Assembly: GCA_002633005.1 (NCBI GenBank)
Contig: NMRA01000748.1
Coordinates: 104,462-168,461 of the forward strand
Source of the DNA: Phoronis australis
Taxonomy: Eukaryota > Animalia > Phoronida
DNA length: 64,000 bases
Direction of reading: 5' to 3'
Position 1 is the stretch's first letter, and every line of letters starts with the position of its first letter. This document shows, one piece after another, positions 63,206 through 64,000 of the stretch. Made by a program: the position numbers and the translations under genes. Below the pieces are notes generated by a model. The model saw only the letters and a program-made list of their open reading frames with translations, did no database searches and was not told where the DNA came from.

Positions 63206-64000
63206 ATGCCTCGTCAGTCAGCTCGTCCATCCAACTCACCGTATTCTCGCCCTTCACCGGCACACACTCGCTCCTCTCCATCGTCTGCGACGTCCTCAAC
63301 TCCGCCCTCTGCACCAGCGCCGGACGTTTCCACCATAGTCTCGTCGGTCATCCAGCAACTTCGCCNGCGCCGGACGTTTCCACCATAGTCTCGTCGGTCA
63401 TCCAGCAACTTCGCCAGGATCCATCTCTCCTCTCCGTGCCGCCCTCGGTCTCAGCGCCCCTACCAGCTGCTCCGTCGGTCCTCCCTGTGCAGCCTCCACC
63501 GCCGCCTCCGCCTTCAACCGTCCATCCGCCGACCAACGACCAGCCGTTCCCCATCACTCGTCCCGCGGTCTCGGCTACCGACATTTTACCGTTAGGGTTT
63601 AATGTTGATGATAAGGTCCGCGCCATGATTGTTTCGAATCAATTTGTTGATTTTTATTCCCTACTTCGCCCTCAACATCCATCTTCCTCGACGTTATCTC
63701 TCTCCGTACAAGAAGGCCAACATATCCTTACTTCAACTCCGAAGTCAAAATCCCTCCAGTCCTGTCACGAGTGGTGCATGGCATTTCTCGTTTACATGAG
63801 TATTTATACTACCGCCCACCCCCACCAGTCCCCCCACCTTTGCAAATACGCCCACACCATCCTTACCTTCATCTCCACCTTTGGTTTTCACCATGCCATG
63901 TACTATGACCAGCAGTTCCGCAATCTCCGCGCCCGGTTCCCTTCCCACGCCCCTTGGCACTCCATCAATCAGGAGCTGTGGGTTCAGACCTCCCTCAGGT
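63206..64000 (+). CDS. gag-like ORF1 of a DIRS/Ngaro retrotransposon, open to the window end once the 49-bp overlap at N63366 is removed
   Basis: Pro/Ser-rich N-terminus, then LPLGFNVDDKVRAMIVSNQFVDFYSLL...EWCMAFLVYMSIY..HP..LCKY..I..YDQQFR..W..INQELW, typical of DIRS-class gag; acceptor ttttttctttttcag directly before the ATG. Confidence 0.85.

Noticed and set aside
62721-63338. 205-aa ORF
   Set aside because: Low-complexity pyrimidine-rich leader read in a non-gag frame; no domain features.
63317-63415. 49-bp tandem duplication frameshifting gag
   Set aside because: Exact copy split by a single N, typical of an unmerged contig overlap.

Overview
AT-rich, repeat-dense animal genomic DNA; the transposon families present suggest a marine invertebrate, but the species cannot be determined from the sequence. 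Most short ORFs in the track are spurious. The one clearly intact host gene (49075-49668, +) encodes a 197-aa secreted cystine-knot precursor of the Trunk/PTTH/noggin-like group. It heads a tandem cluster with two broken paralogs that the ORF track does not resolve: a 3' fragment at about 51215-51410 and a copy at 56178-57070. The latter was disrupted by a ~297-bp internal duplication that left an open 51-aa signal-peptide ORF. Candidate phase-1 exons of an unknown minus-strand gene lie at 9031-9225 and 15655-15699. The rest is mobile DNA: a 5.6-kb element with perfect 17-bp TIRs and a 5-bp TSD (hAT5-like) carrying a nested Helentron-type (HINE) array, a THAP-bearing ISL2EU-like element, Kolobok-like elements, four THAP remnants in total, large HINE arrays, DIRS/Ngaro fragments (one with an open gag ORF running off the right edge), LINE remnants, a Penelope-like fragment with a degenerate hammerhead motif, and MITEs. 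Duplications next to single Ns (4317, 63366) are probably assembly or haplotype artefacts. All family assignments are by eye, without database searches.
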